Source: Tubulanus polymorphus
Taxonomy: Eukaryota; Animalia; Nemertea
Assembly (NCBI RefSeq): GCF_964204645.1
Contig: NC_134026.1
Span: forward strand, 26,198,150-26,262,149
Length of the DNA stretch: 64,000 nucleotides
Direction of reading: 5' to 3'
The stretch's first letter is position 1. Each line of letters begins with the position of its first letter. The translations under genes were made by a program, and so were the position numbers. This document shows, piece after piece, positions 28,079-44,335 of this stretch. The notes under the pieces are model-generated. The model ran no database searches. It was not told the origin of the DNA and saw only the letters and a program-made list of their open reading frames with translations.

Positions 28079-28580
28079 TTTATGTGTATATACATATACA
28101 TTTTAAAGCAATTTTCTTGAAATTCTGCGGATTCTAACCGCGCATAGTTAGGACGTTTACACATGCACGAATGATGAGCACGCTAGAGAAAATCATGCGA
28201 AGTCATAATTTCCATTAATGCGTCTCTGCGGTTATCGCCTCACAGACGGCCATTTATAGCGTGCTGTAACTCGATTTAAATATGCATTGCATCCGCTAAT
28301 GTCGAATATTCTAGGCAACCATGATGTTCAATCATTACAATCCATATCTCTGATACCAGACTTGTAGTGATCTGAAAGACCAATGCCTAATACATATATA
28401 ATCAAAGAGACCAAGATTCCTTCATAATGGCTATCATACAACATCGGTCAACAACGATGCATTTGAAATCGCAATCAGTGCTGATGTATTATCATAACTT
28501 TTTTTAAGGTATATTAGTGACATCCAATGGAAATGGCCAGATGAGTTATATCGTGATCCAAATCTGTAGTAATTTGAGCA

Positions 28581-29354
28581 ATGGAATCTGATGCTGAAAC
28601 GGCATTGTTGGCTAGTTCGGATGGGCGAAAAGGGTCCACGAGTGGTAAACCAAATGATGGAAAAAGAACGGAGTCAGATAGCCGGAGATCGAGTCGACGG
28701 TTGAGCGGGAAACCACCATTACAGCGTGTTGATGAAGTCGAGCAACAATCTACAGATGGTGAACGTCGCAGATCAGGATGCCCGGATTATTTCGGCGTTA
28801 AATCCTATCTGCACTTCTTCTACGATCCATCTGTTATCAAAGATCCTTCAATCTACGAGGACGACGATGGATTCCCGTTCCTGAACCCTCGTCCACGTCG
28901 AGCAAGATGTCGGTCTATTTGGTGGAAGATATTTGTGTGGATCGGGGCTAATTTGTTGGTGTTCGGGATCCTTGGAATACTGATCAGTTATCTGTTACCT
29001 AGGCGACCGACAGAAATGCTGAAAGGTGATAAGTACGAAGTCCTCGATACGTCAGCGATACGTTTTAATCACAACTTAGATTTATGTAAATTGGTCAGCC
29101 TAATCGTATTCTGCGTTGGAGGCCTCACCCTCATCATATCTTTGCTATTTCCCAGTTTATTATATCATTATTGTGATGAATCTTCGAAAAAAGATGATGG
29201 GTTTAAAGTAGGCTTACTGAACGAAGAACCGGCGCCTATGAGCCCAATAGAAATGACTGTACCAGCCACATCGAAACTGCAAAATGTTCAGCCCCAGCGG
29301 AAATCAGAGGAAGCTATTATAACACAAGAGGGGACCGTCAACTTCAAAGATTAA
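28581..29354 (+). CDS. NRSN: Neurensin family protein (single coding exon)
   Basis: Family motif YFGVKSYLHFFY (human NRSN1 YGVRSYLHQFY); two hydrophobic helices (IFVWIGANLLVFGILGILISYLLP and LVSLIVFCVGGLTLIISLLFP) separated by FNHNLDLCKL; C-terminal KLQNVQP. Probable upstream non-coding exon with donor at 27301. Confidence 0.9.
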   Translation: MESDAETALLASSDGRKGSTSGKPNDGKRTESDSRRSSRRLSGKPPLQRVDEVEQQSTDGERRRSGCPDYFGVKSYLHFFYDPSVIKDPSIYEDDDGFPFLNPRPRRARCRSIWWKIFVWIGANLLVFGILGILISYLLPRRPTEMLKGDKYEVLDTSAIRFNHNLDLCKLVSLIVFCVGGLTLIISLLFPSLLYHYCDESSKKDDGFKVGLLNEEPAPMSPIEMTVPATSKLQNVQPQRKSEEAIITQEGTVNFKD

Positions 29355-32300
29355 TGTACTGGACATAAATTCACCATCAAAATTCTGCATCATCAACATT
29401 GAATAAATCAATACATCAATACTGATTATTTAGGCTTTGGTCGATTACTTGAACTATGCGGGATTGTTCTGAAATGATGTTGCGGTCGTCCCGGGATACG
29501 ACTTGCATTCAAGCCGCTACCATTGTCCGTATGGCGGGAACATATCTTTATTTTGTAAAACTAAATTTAAGGTGTAGTCTATTTTTGTATTGTATTTATA
29601 ATATGTAAATTAGACCGATTATGACCGAAATGGCCGGAATTCGGTTTGAAAATATATATTCAGTTTGAATCAACATCAATTCCACTCACTGTATAGAAAT
29701 ATATGGAGTGGAATTAATTAGTTGTTAATCGGTCTTACTATCAATGTCTAATAAACTTGTTTCCTGGTAGACCAGCAAAATTTTAAAAATTGTTAATAAA
29801 AGTAAGATACATGTATATATGATGTTATGCGTGCTTTCTTCTCTGGTGCCATGAGAAAATCTCCGCTTGTAATTTAAAACTCACAACAAATTTTAAAAGG
29901 AATTTTATTGCTCAAGAATTAAAAACCAAAGACACAACATTTTGGACTCTCTCAAGCCATTTTTCGGACCGTGTGTATAAAATAACTAAAACATGGGGTA
30001 GGGGAAAACGAGTTAATTGAGTAAATTGGGTAATTGAGTGAGTACGTATATCTACGGTAGCGGTTTATGAGGAAGTAAATTAAGCCTCTTAAATTTTTTA
30101 GTGGGTTTTTAAACTTATAATATATTATCTTCGTCGGAGTGTTGTGACTCGTATCCCACTTATATCCATGAAGAATACAGAAACTTTCGAATGAATGGAA
30201 CCAGCTGCTACTACCATGCAATCCAATTGTCTCATCGATTGTGACAACGACCCTGGACTCGCTCACTTTTTGGTTGAAAGGAACGCAATACGGTCAAAGC
30301 GTTTGCCTGGCGTAAATACGGATATACTCCTACGTCCATTACGCATCAAAGGCACCCACACGGTAATGAGCCATCACCCCGGGATCAAGTTGTCTGTCTC
30401 AGAAATCTGCTTTCGTTACCATAACAACAACTGAATCGCTGGTGGCTGAGAAGAAAGCAAATTAAAACCAGAGTACACATCCATACAATTAGTCCGGTTG
30501 TTCCCTTATTTTCTGTGCATTTTTGCGAACTATTTTTGCGTACCCATCATTCCACCAAATAAAGAAATAAATAAAGAAATTGTATCATGAAGTAGAAAAT
30601 CTTTTGATTCTTTACTTCGTCATTATTGCAAGAAAACGTGAAATAGTGAATTTCGCCATTTATATATACCATTCACTTGCTTTTACCTCTGAAAAGACAC
30701 TCTTGTATGCAATAATTGTGTCTAGACTACAAAAACATTTTTTTATTTGTGGACAAACAGACAGCACGTATATATCACTTCTCGATGTTCTGATTAGTTA
30801 GAGCGCGTTTCTTGAAATACCACGTCCTGCATCCTTAACGGAGGAATCGTTACCAAGACAACACATCCTCCAGGCGTTGATGACCATGATGTAAATGCAT
30901 TGCATTCACCCATGGACTCGAATCTTCGTTTCAGAGTCCATGATTCACCTTTCTACAAAGACCTTCTACAAATCAGTCGCCGTATATATGCATAAGATAA
31001 TTAACCCGTCACAAACAAGTGCGACTCAAGACAATGAACCCGGTAATTTGAGCTTACGTACATTAGAATCAAGGAAATAACAACCATGTGCCGGAACAAC
31101 AGGTGGTGATAGGAAAAGCAATTTTTTGTTCAGATATATTTATCTTGGGGTCAGTCTGATTACTCCAAGGCCAGATAATATTAATTAATAAAATTCAGTA
31201 TTCATAGACCTTATATTCATAATATAAGCCTGATAGAGACGTAGAAATCATGCTTTTGAGAAACCGGAGAGAAAGCTGTGTCAATCATTTTCTACCAAAT
31301 TCTTAATTCCCATAATAAATACTTCAAAAATATCTCTTTAATTAACGTCACATTTTGTTAGTTTGCAATTGTTTTGCAATACAGCTTTAAGTTGTTGACA
31401 GGAGGTGGGTGTCGATTAAGGATTTTTACCGAATGGATTTTTACCTACATTCGGTGGATATACGCGTTGTTGTCATATTGGACCGGGTCCCTGTTCGGAC
31501 AAAGGATCCAGTTGCCAAATACAGAACGTGTGCCAAATACAGATCAGTGCCTTTGTTATATCCGACGCTTTAGAATCGCGCAGATGTCTCTTGGAGACAA
31601 GAGACAAATTCTCAAAAGCCACACGCTTAGTAACAAGACCCTCATTATATCGGAATTTGTGTCACGATGTACGAAACATGAATTTCAATAGGCATTGCCT
31701 CCATTTAGAATCTATAGAAAGACAATGTCAAGGATATAGGAAATCGAGTATTTATATATCACTACATACCCGTGATAATATCAGATTTCCATTCAGGACC
31801 CGGATTCTATCATAATTTATCAATACTGGCTCGACTGAAATATACTTCTATTCAATTTCTAAAAAAAATTGAGAGATCAATGGATCAGCAGCAGTAGCAA
31901 AGAAACACACTCGATTACTCCCTGGCCTCCATGGTTGTTTTACTGCGCAAGTTGAATCGTAATAATCATAAAGCAACTGCATCTAAAAGAATTTCAGATA
32001 CGATCTACAGGACTGTACCACTGTGCAGTACTAGGGGTGATCTGATGGATGTTACACGACTGCCATCTATATGCGACTGAGAGCGTTCTTCCACACGTAG
32101 AGAAACCTCCAGTGAAAACAACATTCAGGAACATTCTGAGTGTAAATTTATCTAATTTTATTCACATGACAATTATTCGAACATAAACATAGTATTTGAC
32201 AACATCAAAAATAATTTTTTCAATTGAATAAATGTATCGTTAAAGATGATAAAAACAATTCACTAGGAAGAATAGTAGCTGGACGGAGAAAATAGTATAA

Positions 32301-32424
32301 CATATAATACATTGTACACATGAATAGTACATGTATTTCAGAAGATGCACCATATCAACGATTACAATACATTCATTCACAAACATCATATCACAGTCTA
32401 AAGTTCTATGCCTAGAATTCACTA

Positions 32425-34301
32425 TCAAATCCATCTTCCCGCTGCATTGTATATAAATGATTGTTTTCCAAATGAACTAGGCCGATAGTGTGCTGAAAAA
32501 TATTGAAAAAAAGATTATCAATATGATTTAATTGATTGACTTTTAGTGTGAAAAGGATGAAACTAAATATTTACCAGGTCCAGGTAGGCCACTTTTCTTT
32601 CTACCATCTCCTGTCCATCGACTTGTATTAGAAACGAAGACAGAGCTAGACATATAATGTTTTGGTATTCCTTCATAATTAACTAGTTCGTAACTACCTG
32701 GACCGGGGCCAGGCAATGGATTTGGAAGTGGCATCGCTGGAGCTGATATACACAAATAATGTTTCCGTCTGTACAAAGATAAAAGAATATGACACAGGAA
32801 TTATGTTCTAATGATCTATTAACATTATTAGATCTGCTTGAAATTTTCTCTACCCCAGATGAAATTTCCACATGTTTGAATCTTGTACATAATTTTGACC
32901 AACTCAATAATGTAAACACTTACGGAAATTGTAATCTACCAACAGCATCTATAGGTTCATTAGGATTGTAAGTTCCAGGTCCTGGGTTCTAAAATATAAA
33001 ACATACCATGGAGTAAACTACCATATTTATGACATGTATAATTAGAATTGAAATCAAATTATTAGCTTACTGGAGGAGGAGTTTCTGCCATCTTCCTCAT
33101 AGATTTTGACTTGAAACTTGATGTTGGAATTTTCACGCTATCGTGGAGCAATCTGTCATTAATTTCATACTGCCCTAATAGAAATATTCACATATATTCA
33201 AGTATATATATTCTTCATTTCATTCATAAGGAATAATTGCAGATTTTCCATCTACAGTACATACAAGGTGCTGGCATGACTGATGAGTACTTGGTATCGA
33301 TCAGTTCCCTTTTACTTTGAGACTTGAAAGCTGCATTGGCAGACACATTATTGGATTTGCACACTCGTTGTAACTGATCAAGAACCTAGAACAAATCATA
33401 GAAACATTTTATGAAGAAAAAGCTATCATGTGAGCATATTTTACAAAGCTTTTCTACATACCGAGTATTGATTAGGCGCCGGTACTCCATTTAATTTCTC
33501 TGTAGGATTGGCAATAGGCATGTGAAATGAACGAGTAGCTGGAGCTTTGTTAAAGTCTTTACGGCTTAACAATGTTAATGCAACATTATAAGAGCCAGCT
33601 CCTGGGCTACAGCCAGGATCATGTTTTGTTATTCTTTTATCCTAGAAATTGAAGTGAAAGAATTTAATAAATTAACTGAAATATATATCAATTGAAAATG
33701 CAGTGTATTTCACTAAAATACCTTTGATGCAAAGCCACCTGTGCCTTTCTTTGAATAGGAAGCACTTTTATTTTCAACATCAACTTTATGTGATAAATAA
33801 GATCCTGGACCTGGATTATCATTCTGCAACAAAAATTAAGCCAATTTTCAACATTGTATCAGATTTCCTACACCTTTTCACAGGCAAAGAGACCATATAG
33901 AGCCTACAAACAAACAACACTACTTATCAACTACACTGACACTGCAATTTACAATCAGAATCAATCGTTACACAAACCTGGTTTAAATCATGTTGGAATC
34001 TTTTCGCTTTTGACTGAAAACCCTTATTCTCAGAGTTGTCAATCACTATCGTCTGATATTTACTCGGAATTGAAGAGGTAGGTGCAACAACACTGTGACC
34101 TGCAGCAAAATATCATTCAATTATGCGTTAGTTAATTTATTAGCAGATAAAATTAATTTGCTTTATTTTTGATCAAGTAATTCGATGATCGAATTTGAGA
34201 TTTTGGTAAAATGAAATACCTTTGTGTAAACGCCCTGATACTGTACGGCTGTGAATTCGTTTCACAAAGTCACTGTCTAAGCTCTTAATGCTGTCAACCA
34301 T
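32425..34301 (-). CDS. STPG1: Sperm-tail PG-rich repeat protein STPG1 (O6-methylguanine-induced apoptosis 2, SHIPPO repeats)
   Basis: MVDSIKSLD...|...SSIPSKYQT...ENKGFS...KRF|NDNPGPGSY...SYSRKGTGGFASK|...PAPNQY...LPGPGPGSYELV...HYMSSSVFVSNTSRW...LPGP|..YRP..GKQSFIYNAAGRWI*. PGPGxY repeats; the terminus resembles human KQSFLYNEDKKWI. Confidence 0.9.
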
Positions 34302-34813
34302 TTTAAATGGTCAAAAAGGGAGACTTTTAAAGATTTTTTTCAACAAAATTTTAATTTACTTCCGTGTTTGTGCCGCACAACTCTGACATATGGTTGCGCT
34401 TTCCGGTAGAGATAAAGTGCACGTTGAATTGTCACATTTTTCCATACTGAGTTGACAATTTGAAAAATAAGTAACTGATCATTAACCAATGTTTATATAT
34501 CATATACCATAAATCCATAAAATATAATGAAAATGTCTATATTTAACTTACATAACCATAGAAATTCTGCCGAATTACTAATATTAATGCGCTACATGTC
34601 GGTCTTGGTAACAGATGAGTCTATTTTTACATAGGGGAGACTAGGCAAAATACGTAATAGTTATTGAACATACATGTATGAGAACGTTTAATTTGCTTCA
34701 GAAATTTTAAGAATTTTAAGTCATGTTTGTCTTAAGTCACATTTTGACTCCTTAATGTGTTGTTGATTGATGGCCTATTTTTTCTTTCACTAATAGTAGA
34801 CCTGTCATACCTC

Positions 34814-34888
34814 TTGGCGAAACCATTCATAGCCAATCACCGTTCTAGTTTTGTTAGCGCCAAATTTGTGCGGTTAATATTGCGGGAA
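34814..34888. promoter_or_regulatory. E2F/CCAAT S-phase promoter of RRM2 (region shared with divergent STPG1)
   Basis: CCAAT 34833-34837, GCGCCAAA 34857-34864 (TTTGGCGC on the minus strand), GCGGGAA 34882-34888, TTGGCGAAA 34814. Confidence 0.65.
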
Positions 34889-34973
34889 CAATGAGAGGAG
34901 CGCATTACCAAACCTGACGCTCAACCTGCCTGGTGTGAATTTTGTTCGACTCGCAAAAACTATTACTTACAAG

Positions 34974-36938
<1,965 letters not shown>

Positions 36939-37038
36939 ATGTTGAACTGGCTTCATTTATTTGTGATTCCTTTCTATGAAAGGCAGACTCAAAAAGTTGA
37001 TCTCGTCAGTGTGGTGCAATTATCCAAATTGTGGCGGC

Positions 37039-37136
37039 TGTCCTTATAAGGACAAGTTGGCTTATATTTATTTAAGTTGTTTTAAACTGCCCTTCTGAGG
37101 GCAAATTTTATTTTTGTTACTGTCCTTCTGAGGACA
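37039..37136 (+). promoter_or_regulatory. Three 6-bp-stem/4-nt-loop hairpins resembling the histone mRNA stem-loop, in the RRM2 3'UTR
   Basis: TGTCCT-TATA-AGGACA 37039-37054; TGCCCT-TCTG-AGGGCA 37088-37103; TGTCCT-TCTG-AGGACA 37121-37136. AATAAA at 37365-37370. Confidence 0.6.
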
Positions 37137-37755
37137 TTTCACTAACATAATTTATGAATGAACCAAAGCTTTTAATATAATGGAGGTGTCTGAGTAAGTA
37201 CTCCACTGCGAGGATTTAAAATAATTACTGTGTATTGAATACTCTTAAGCATTTTGTGTATGTATTTGTAAGTTTTAGCCATTTTATCAGTGAATATGTA
37301 TTTTAATCTTCAAATGTGTGCAGCATTGGTGTATGTTTTATGTTCATGTCTGTAGTTGGATATTAATAAATATCTTGGCATTTTTAAGGTTCTAATACTC
37401 AAGCTACATGTCTTGTCTGATTTGTTTACGAGGATTTGGATTGTGCATTCTCCTTTTCCATTGTAAAAGACCATAAATTATTGTCTTACAGGTTTTACTT
37501 TGATCCTTACAATGGTCCCTTCAATCTTGTATCAAATTTTGTTGGTCTCTGAACTTGTTTCCACGAGGAAGTATGTATTCGGGGTAAATTCTACATCAAA
37601 TGGGCTAGAATCTTCTCCAGAACTTCAAGTTATAAGTATATGCCTTAAATGAGCTCTGTTTTAAGGATTGCCAGGGATCTGGTAGTAATGGAGTATTTAT
37701 CATGATTTAAGTCCACAGATTGAGAGCTGTAGGTGATAAATAGAGACCTATTGCA

Positions 37756-37986
37756 CAAGGTCCGATATAAGAATGAAAGCCACTTGCCCGGGGCATACAT
37801 ATCTGAAATTTTGCTTGCCCTACAAAGGCAGTCTAATAGGTGGCACATTCATCCGTGGTATCGAGTGGGACTGTTTTGTGACAATAAGTTGCACCAGCCC
37901 CGTGGACAAGTGATAATGATAACATACTTGCCCTGATGAGAAAAACTTGTCCTGGGCAATCGGACAAGTGCTTAGGTCAGACCCTG
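37756..37986. mobile_element. Degenerate hAT-like MITE between the RRM2 and RNF144 3' ends
   Basis: Imperfect TIRs CAAGGTCCGATATAAG / CTTAGGTCAGACCCTG (12/16); repeated ACTTGYCC / GGACAAGT subterminal motifs; flanks share TATTG (imperfect TSD). Confidence 0.55.
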
Positions 37987-39079
37987 TATTGTCCTTGAAG
38001 AACACGAAGTACATGTTAGTAAGAAAGTTTTTTATTGACGGTAGCATCAAAAGACCAAGTACTGCTTAACGCAGAACATGACTATATAATACATGTAGAA
38101 TGGCGGTATGTACATTTGGTACCCTGACCCTAGTTGAAGGCAACACAAAATGGAATCGTCAAAATGATCGGAGGAGCCTATTCAAGTCAATAAGCATAAA
38201 TTACAGCAAGAAGCCAATTATTAACAGTCTTCAACAAAATATCAAGAAATCTGGTCCCATATCTCTACAGACATATACTGCACATATATTGTGAATTTAG
38301 ACTAAGATCTGTAAAATACAGGAGAATTTATTAAACATTATAACAGGGTTAGTATAACTGACTCAACCACTTAAATTTTACCAACTTTCCACAAAATATT
38401 ACATACTGTATCACAAACAAAAATTTTTGTTTTTGACCCTTTCAAAATTTGAAGGCACTGGTTTAGAATTGTCAGTCATGAGTTATAATCAATGTTTCGG
38501 TTTTAAAGAAATATTGTAAATAATATAAGTGATTTGTATTCAAAATGGCAGGTAAACAATAAAACAAATATCACATTCAAAAAATAAAGTAAGCAGCAGC
38601 CATAAAACAAGTTAACAACGTATATTTTAAACTAAATATTTCATAACAATAGATGAACGATACCTAAGGTAAAGGGCAGTCAGATTTGCTTTCTTTCCAT
38701 TGGTATATTTTCCATTTGATAAAGAGCAAACTGTCAAAACAATACCAATCTGTAACACCTGTGTAACTATACACCTGTGCAGCCATTATTTACAGAGATC
38801 TCAACCACATGTTAGCAACTGCAATCAGTGGATTTTGTATGTGATTTTCCTATCACTTCTGATGATACATAAACTTTGAATATCTATAGTTTAACAGAAA
38901 AATTAAGCAACATACTGATAATCTAGTCCCGTGTTTGGAGTTATATTGAATTCAATATTTAGAACTAGCAGCTACGAGTTAACAACTAAAGAGATATCCG
39001 ATGAATATTTAAATGCAATCTTATCGGTGGACAGAAAAACACATAGTGGTAACGATTCATTTCCGATTATGAATTTTTG

Positions 39080-41037
<1,958 letters not shown>

Positions 41038-41627
41038 CCCCTGAAAAAAAGGATATTATGAAGACCTAATGGTTTACTGTAAATAACGATAAATACCCAC
41101 GAGTGAATAGCAATTTCTACAGTAGGAAGCTATTACTATCATGGATGGTCCGACTCCAATGGGATGCTCCATGAGCTGGGAAATAGAATTGGAATGGAAG
41201 GTCCATCACACTAAGTCACTATGTCTATACACACACACAGAAAATACTCACAAATCCTGTTTAAATCTTCTCATGTAAATATGGATACATCAGACACATT
41301 CTCCATCATTTAATATACATAAATACACAAAACCCTATCAGTTGAGCGAATTAGCTTAGATGAATTTCAGTAATTTTCGTGAATTATTTACACCAACAGT
41401 AGTAGAATTCATGACTTTTGACAGCTGCCGAATGCGCCTCTGGTGTCAAACATTAACACTATTAGATATAAGGAAAAGATTATACACATCAATTATTCTA
41501 TAAAATTTATATTATCAATTTACTAATTACTAGATTTGAAAATTGATAATGAATATCAAAATTGAGAAATCATGATGGACTTAATCAAAACCGATTATCA
41601 ACCGAACTGTAGATATAAACGGCGCTC

Positions 41628-41673
41628 TGATTGGCTGACGCGTTCCCGCTAGGTCGTATACCGCCGATTTGAA
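41628..41673. promoter_or_regulatory. DEK promoter with CCAAT, E2F and CHR-like sites (divergent with RNF144)
   Basis: ATTGG 41630-41634, TTCCCGC 41643-41649, TTTGAA 41668-41673, directly upstream of the DEK ATG. Confidence 0.5.
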
Positions 41674-41686
41674 GCGAATTTATGTG

Positions 41687-44335
41687 ATGTCGGAGGCTGA
41701 TAAAACCCCCGTTTCCACCGCCGAAAAGGTCCGTATTGGCAACATTTACACACAGTTCTTCGAAGAGTTTATAGGTTATTGATGGGAACTGGCAATCAAA
41801 TCGATATGATGCCTGATTATTGAGAATTTTGCTTCAGAAAACGATTGCGGCGAAATGAAAATTTACTTCCGCGTTGCTGATCGTTTCTTTTTTTCACCTT
41901 TTGTTGTCACTAATTAGGGATCTTATCTCGGTTTCCTGAGATCGAAAACAGATTCTTTGCATGACCCTCAGGTTATATTTGTATTCGTAGTCGGTTATAA
42001 CGGATGATATTATGTACATTAGCAAAATAGGTCTGAAAAATAAAGCGTGTTGTTGTTTTTTTCTTAGAATCATAGATGTCAGCACCTCCTAGAGTATAAA
42101 ACTAGTAACTCGTTTTATTTTACTACTTTAGGCTATTAATGAAAATGGAGATGACAGCATTTCTAAAAAAGATATGGTAAAGTCTTCTGAACCGGAGACA
42201 GTAGTTGCAGAAATGCATACGGATACTGAAAAGAAAAATGAGAATGGAAAAAATAATGACATTGAAGAAGACATGGAGACTGAAGAAGATGAAAAGAAAC
42301 AAATTACGCCTACCACAAATGATAAACAGGCTTCACCGGTAAAAGAGACTGCTGTGACACCTCCAGTAACGCCCAAGAAGAAGGAAAGTGTTGTTAAAGA
42401 GGATGCAATATCCCCTTCAAAAAGTGAAGATGCTGTGTCGCCTCAAAAAAGTGTTAAAGATGAGAGTGAAGAAGAGGATGAATTGAAACGTAAATAATTT
42501 CGCCTTTTTGCTGTGGGTGGGATTTGCCCGAATTCAAGCCCTGATAGTATTTATGTAGAGAAGATACTTCTTACCTCCATGCAAATTAATGAGCTTATGT
42601 ATCTCTATTTCAGCTGGATTGTTAGAGAGACCATTTGTGATTGAAGGCAGCAGTAAGAGGGAGAGAAAGAAGACAGAACGACTGGCAATGACCGACGCGT
42701 TTAATACTCCAGCTGAAAAACAATTAGAAATTCCAGAAGGAACTGGTGAAAAAATTGGCTCAATGCCTCGAGGTAATATATTTGTAGTGTTCGTGGTAAT
42801 CTGTTTGTGAAATAGGTGATATCATATTATGTTATTGTTTGTTGCAGTTGAATTTTTTTTGTCGAAAGCCAATGTGGATGATTGTAAATTACTACATCGG
42901 TTTTTCTTCGGTCGTGTTGGTCAGGCGACAGTTGTACGAAGGAATATCCGGAAATTCTGCGGGTTCACGTTTACCAAAGGATCGGCTGAATGGGAGAAGA
43001 AGTACGCGATCTTAATGAAGTGAGTTGTTTTTTACTGTGAATGTTGTGTTTTTGACTATCCTTCACCAGACTATGATGATTAAACATCTATTGATTACAG
43101 AATGACTCGACCACAACTTCGAGCGATGCGCAATATACTAGATGTCGAATGTGGTAAAGCTAAAGAGGATGATGTGGCCAATATTCTTGAATTTAGTATC
43201 AATCCTAAAGCTTCCGGAAAAGCACTACCTGATAAATCAAAGAAAGGTAGGATCATCAGAATTCAATCAATTGTGGGAGCGAGCATATGCCTCTCTGCTA
43301 GCTGCATCCACATTTTACTGTATATTATCGGTAGGTCGTAAAAGCAAAACGAAGAGTGGAAGTAAGAAAAGCACAAAGAAAAAAGCAGGCAAAAAGAAGG
43401 AAACTAAAGCATCAGATTCGGAGGATGGAGAGGATGATGAAGGAGATGAAGACAGCGATGGAAAACAGTCGGAGGATGAGGAGGAAAATGAGGATGCTAC
43501 TGCTGATAGTGAAGAAGAAAAGCAAGAATCGGAGGAAGCTTCAGAATCGGAAGAAGAAGTAATGATTCCAGATATATAGTTCTTGAAAATTAGCTGCTAG
43601 ATTGAATTCTTGTATATTAGGATTAATCAATATGTAACTTTTTTTGGATTTTAAGAAACCAAAGAAGAAAAAGAAAAAAGCTCAACCCAAGAAGAAAAAG
43701 GAAACTGCCAAAAAAGCAAAGAAGACTCCAGCCAAAAAAGAGAAACCTGCAAAAGAAAAGAAGCCATCCAAGAAGAGAAAAGGTAAGCAAGCCGTTTTAT
43801 TTATGGATGAGTTTGTGGTTCATTGCCTGGTTTGAATATTGTGTCATGTTGCTATTTCTAGCCCCTGAATCTGATGATGAAAGTGATTCAGATGATGAAC
43901 CAGTTGCCAAAAAGAAGAAAGGACCGCCAACGGTAAAAATTGAGTAACCAAAATACTGAAATGATTAAATGTAAATGTTTTAGTGTTTATATATTCTTAT
44001 TAATTACAGAATGCAGAAATTAAGTCAGCTATAAAGAAAATTTTGGAAGGGGTGAATTTCGATGAAGTGACAATGAAGACTGTCTGTAAACAGGTAATGA
44101 AAAGAAAATTAACCGTATATTTCATTTAATTGATGAACATCAGGTGTCATCTTTTACCGGTTATCCACAGGTTTATGCCAAGTTCCCAGATTTTGATTTG
44201 ACTGACCGAAAAGTTTTCATCAAATCTACAGTGAAGGAGGTAACTTTATGTCTAACTTTCATGAATACACTGATTTAACTGTGTCATAATTTAAATTGAT
44301 ATCTTATTTATTTATATTTTCAGTTAATATCCTGA
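41687..44335 (+). CDS. DEK: Chromatin protein DEK
   Basis: MSEADKTPVSTAEK| acidic region; KRERKKTERL...LEIPEGTGEKIG; LLHRFFFGRVG...RRNIRKFCGFTF; SAP-like region; DEK_C domain DDEPVAKKKKGPPT|NAEIKSAIKKILEGVNFDEVTMKTVCKQ|VYAKFPDFDLTDRKVFIKSTVKE|LIS*. Confidence 0.95.

Noticed and set aside
30260-30445. Selenoprotein-like frame with two in-frame TGA codons on the minus strand
   Set aside because: No redox motif, homology or SECIS seen.
37933-37945. Hammerhead core CTGATGA...GAAA
   Set aside because: No stem II between the motifs; lies within a MITE.
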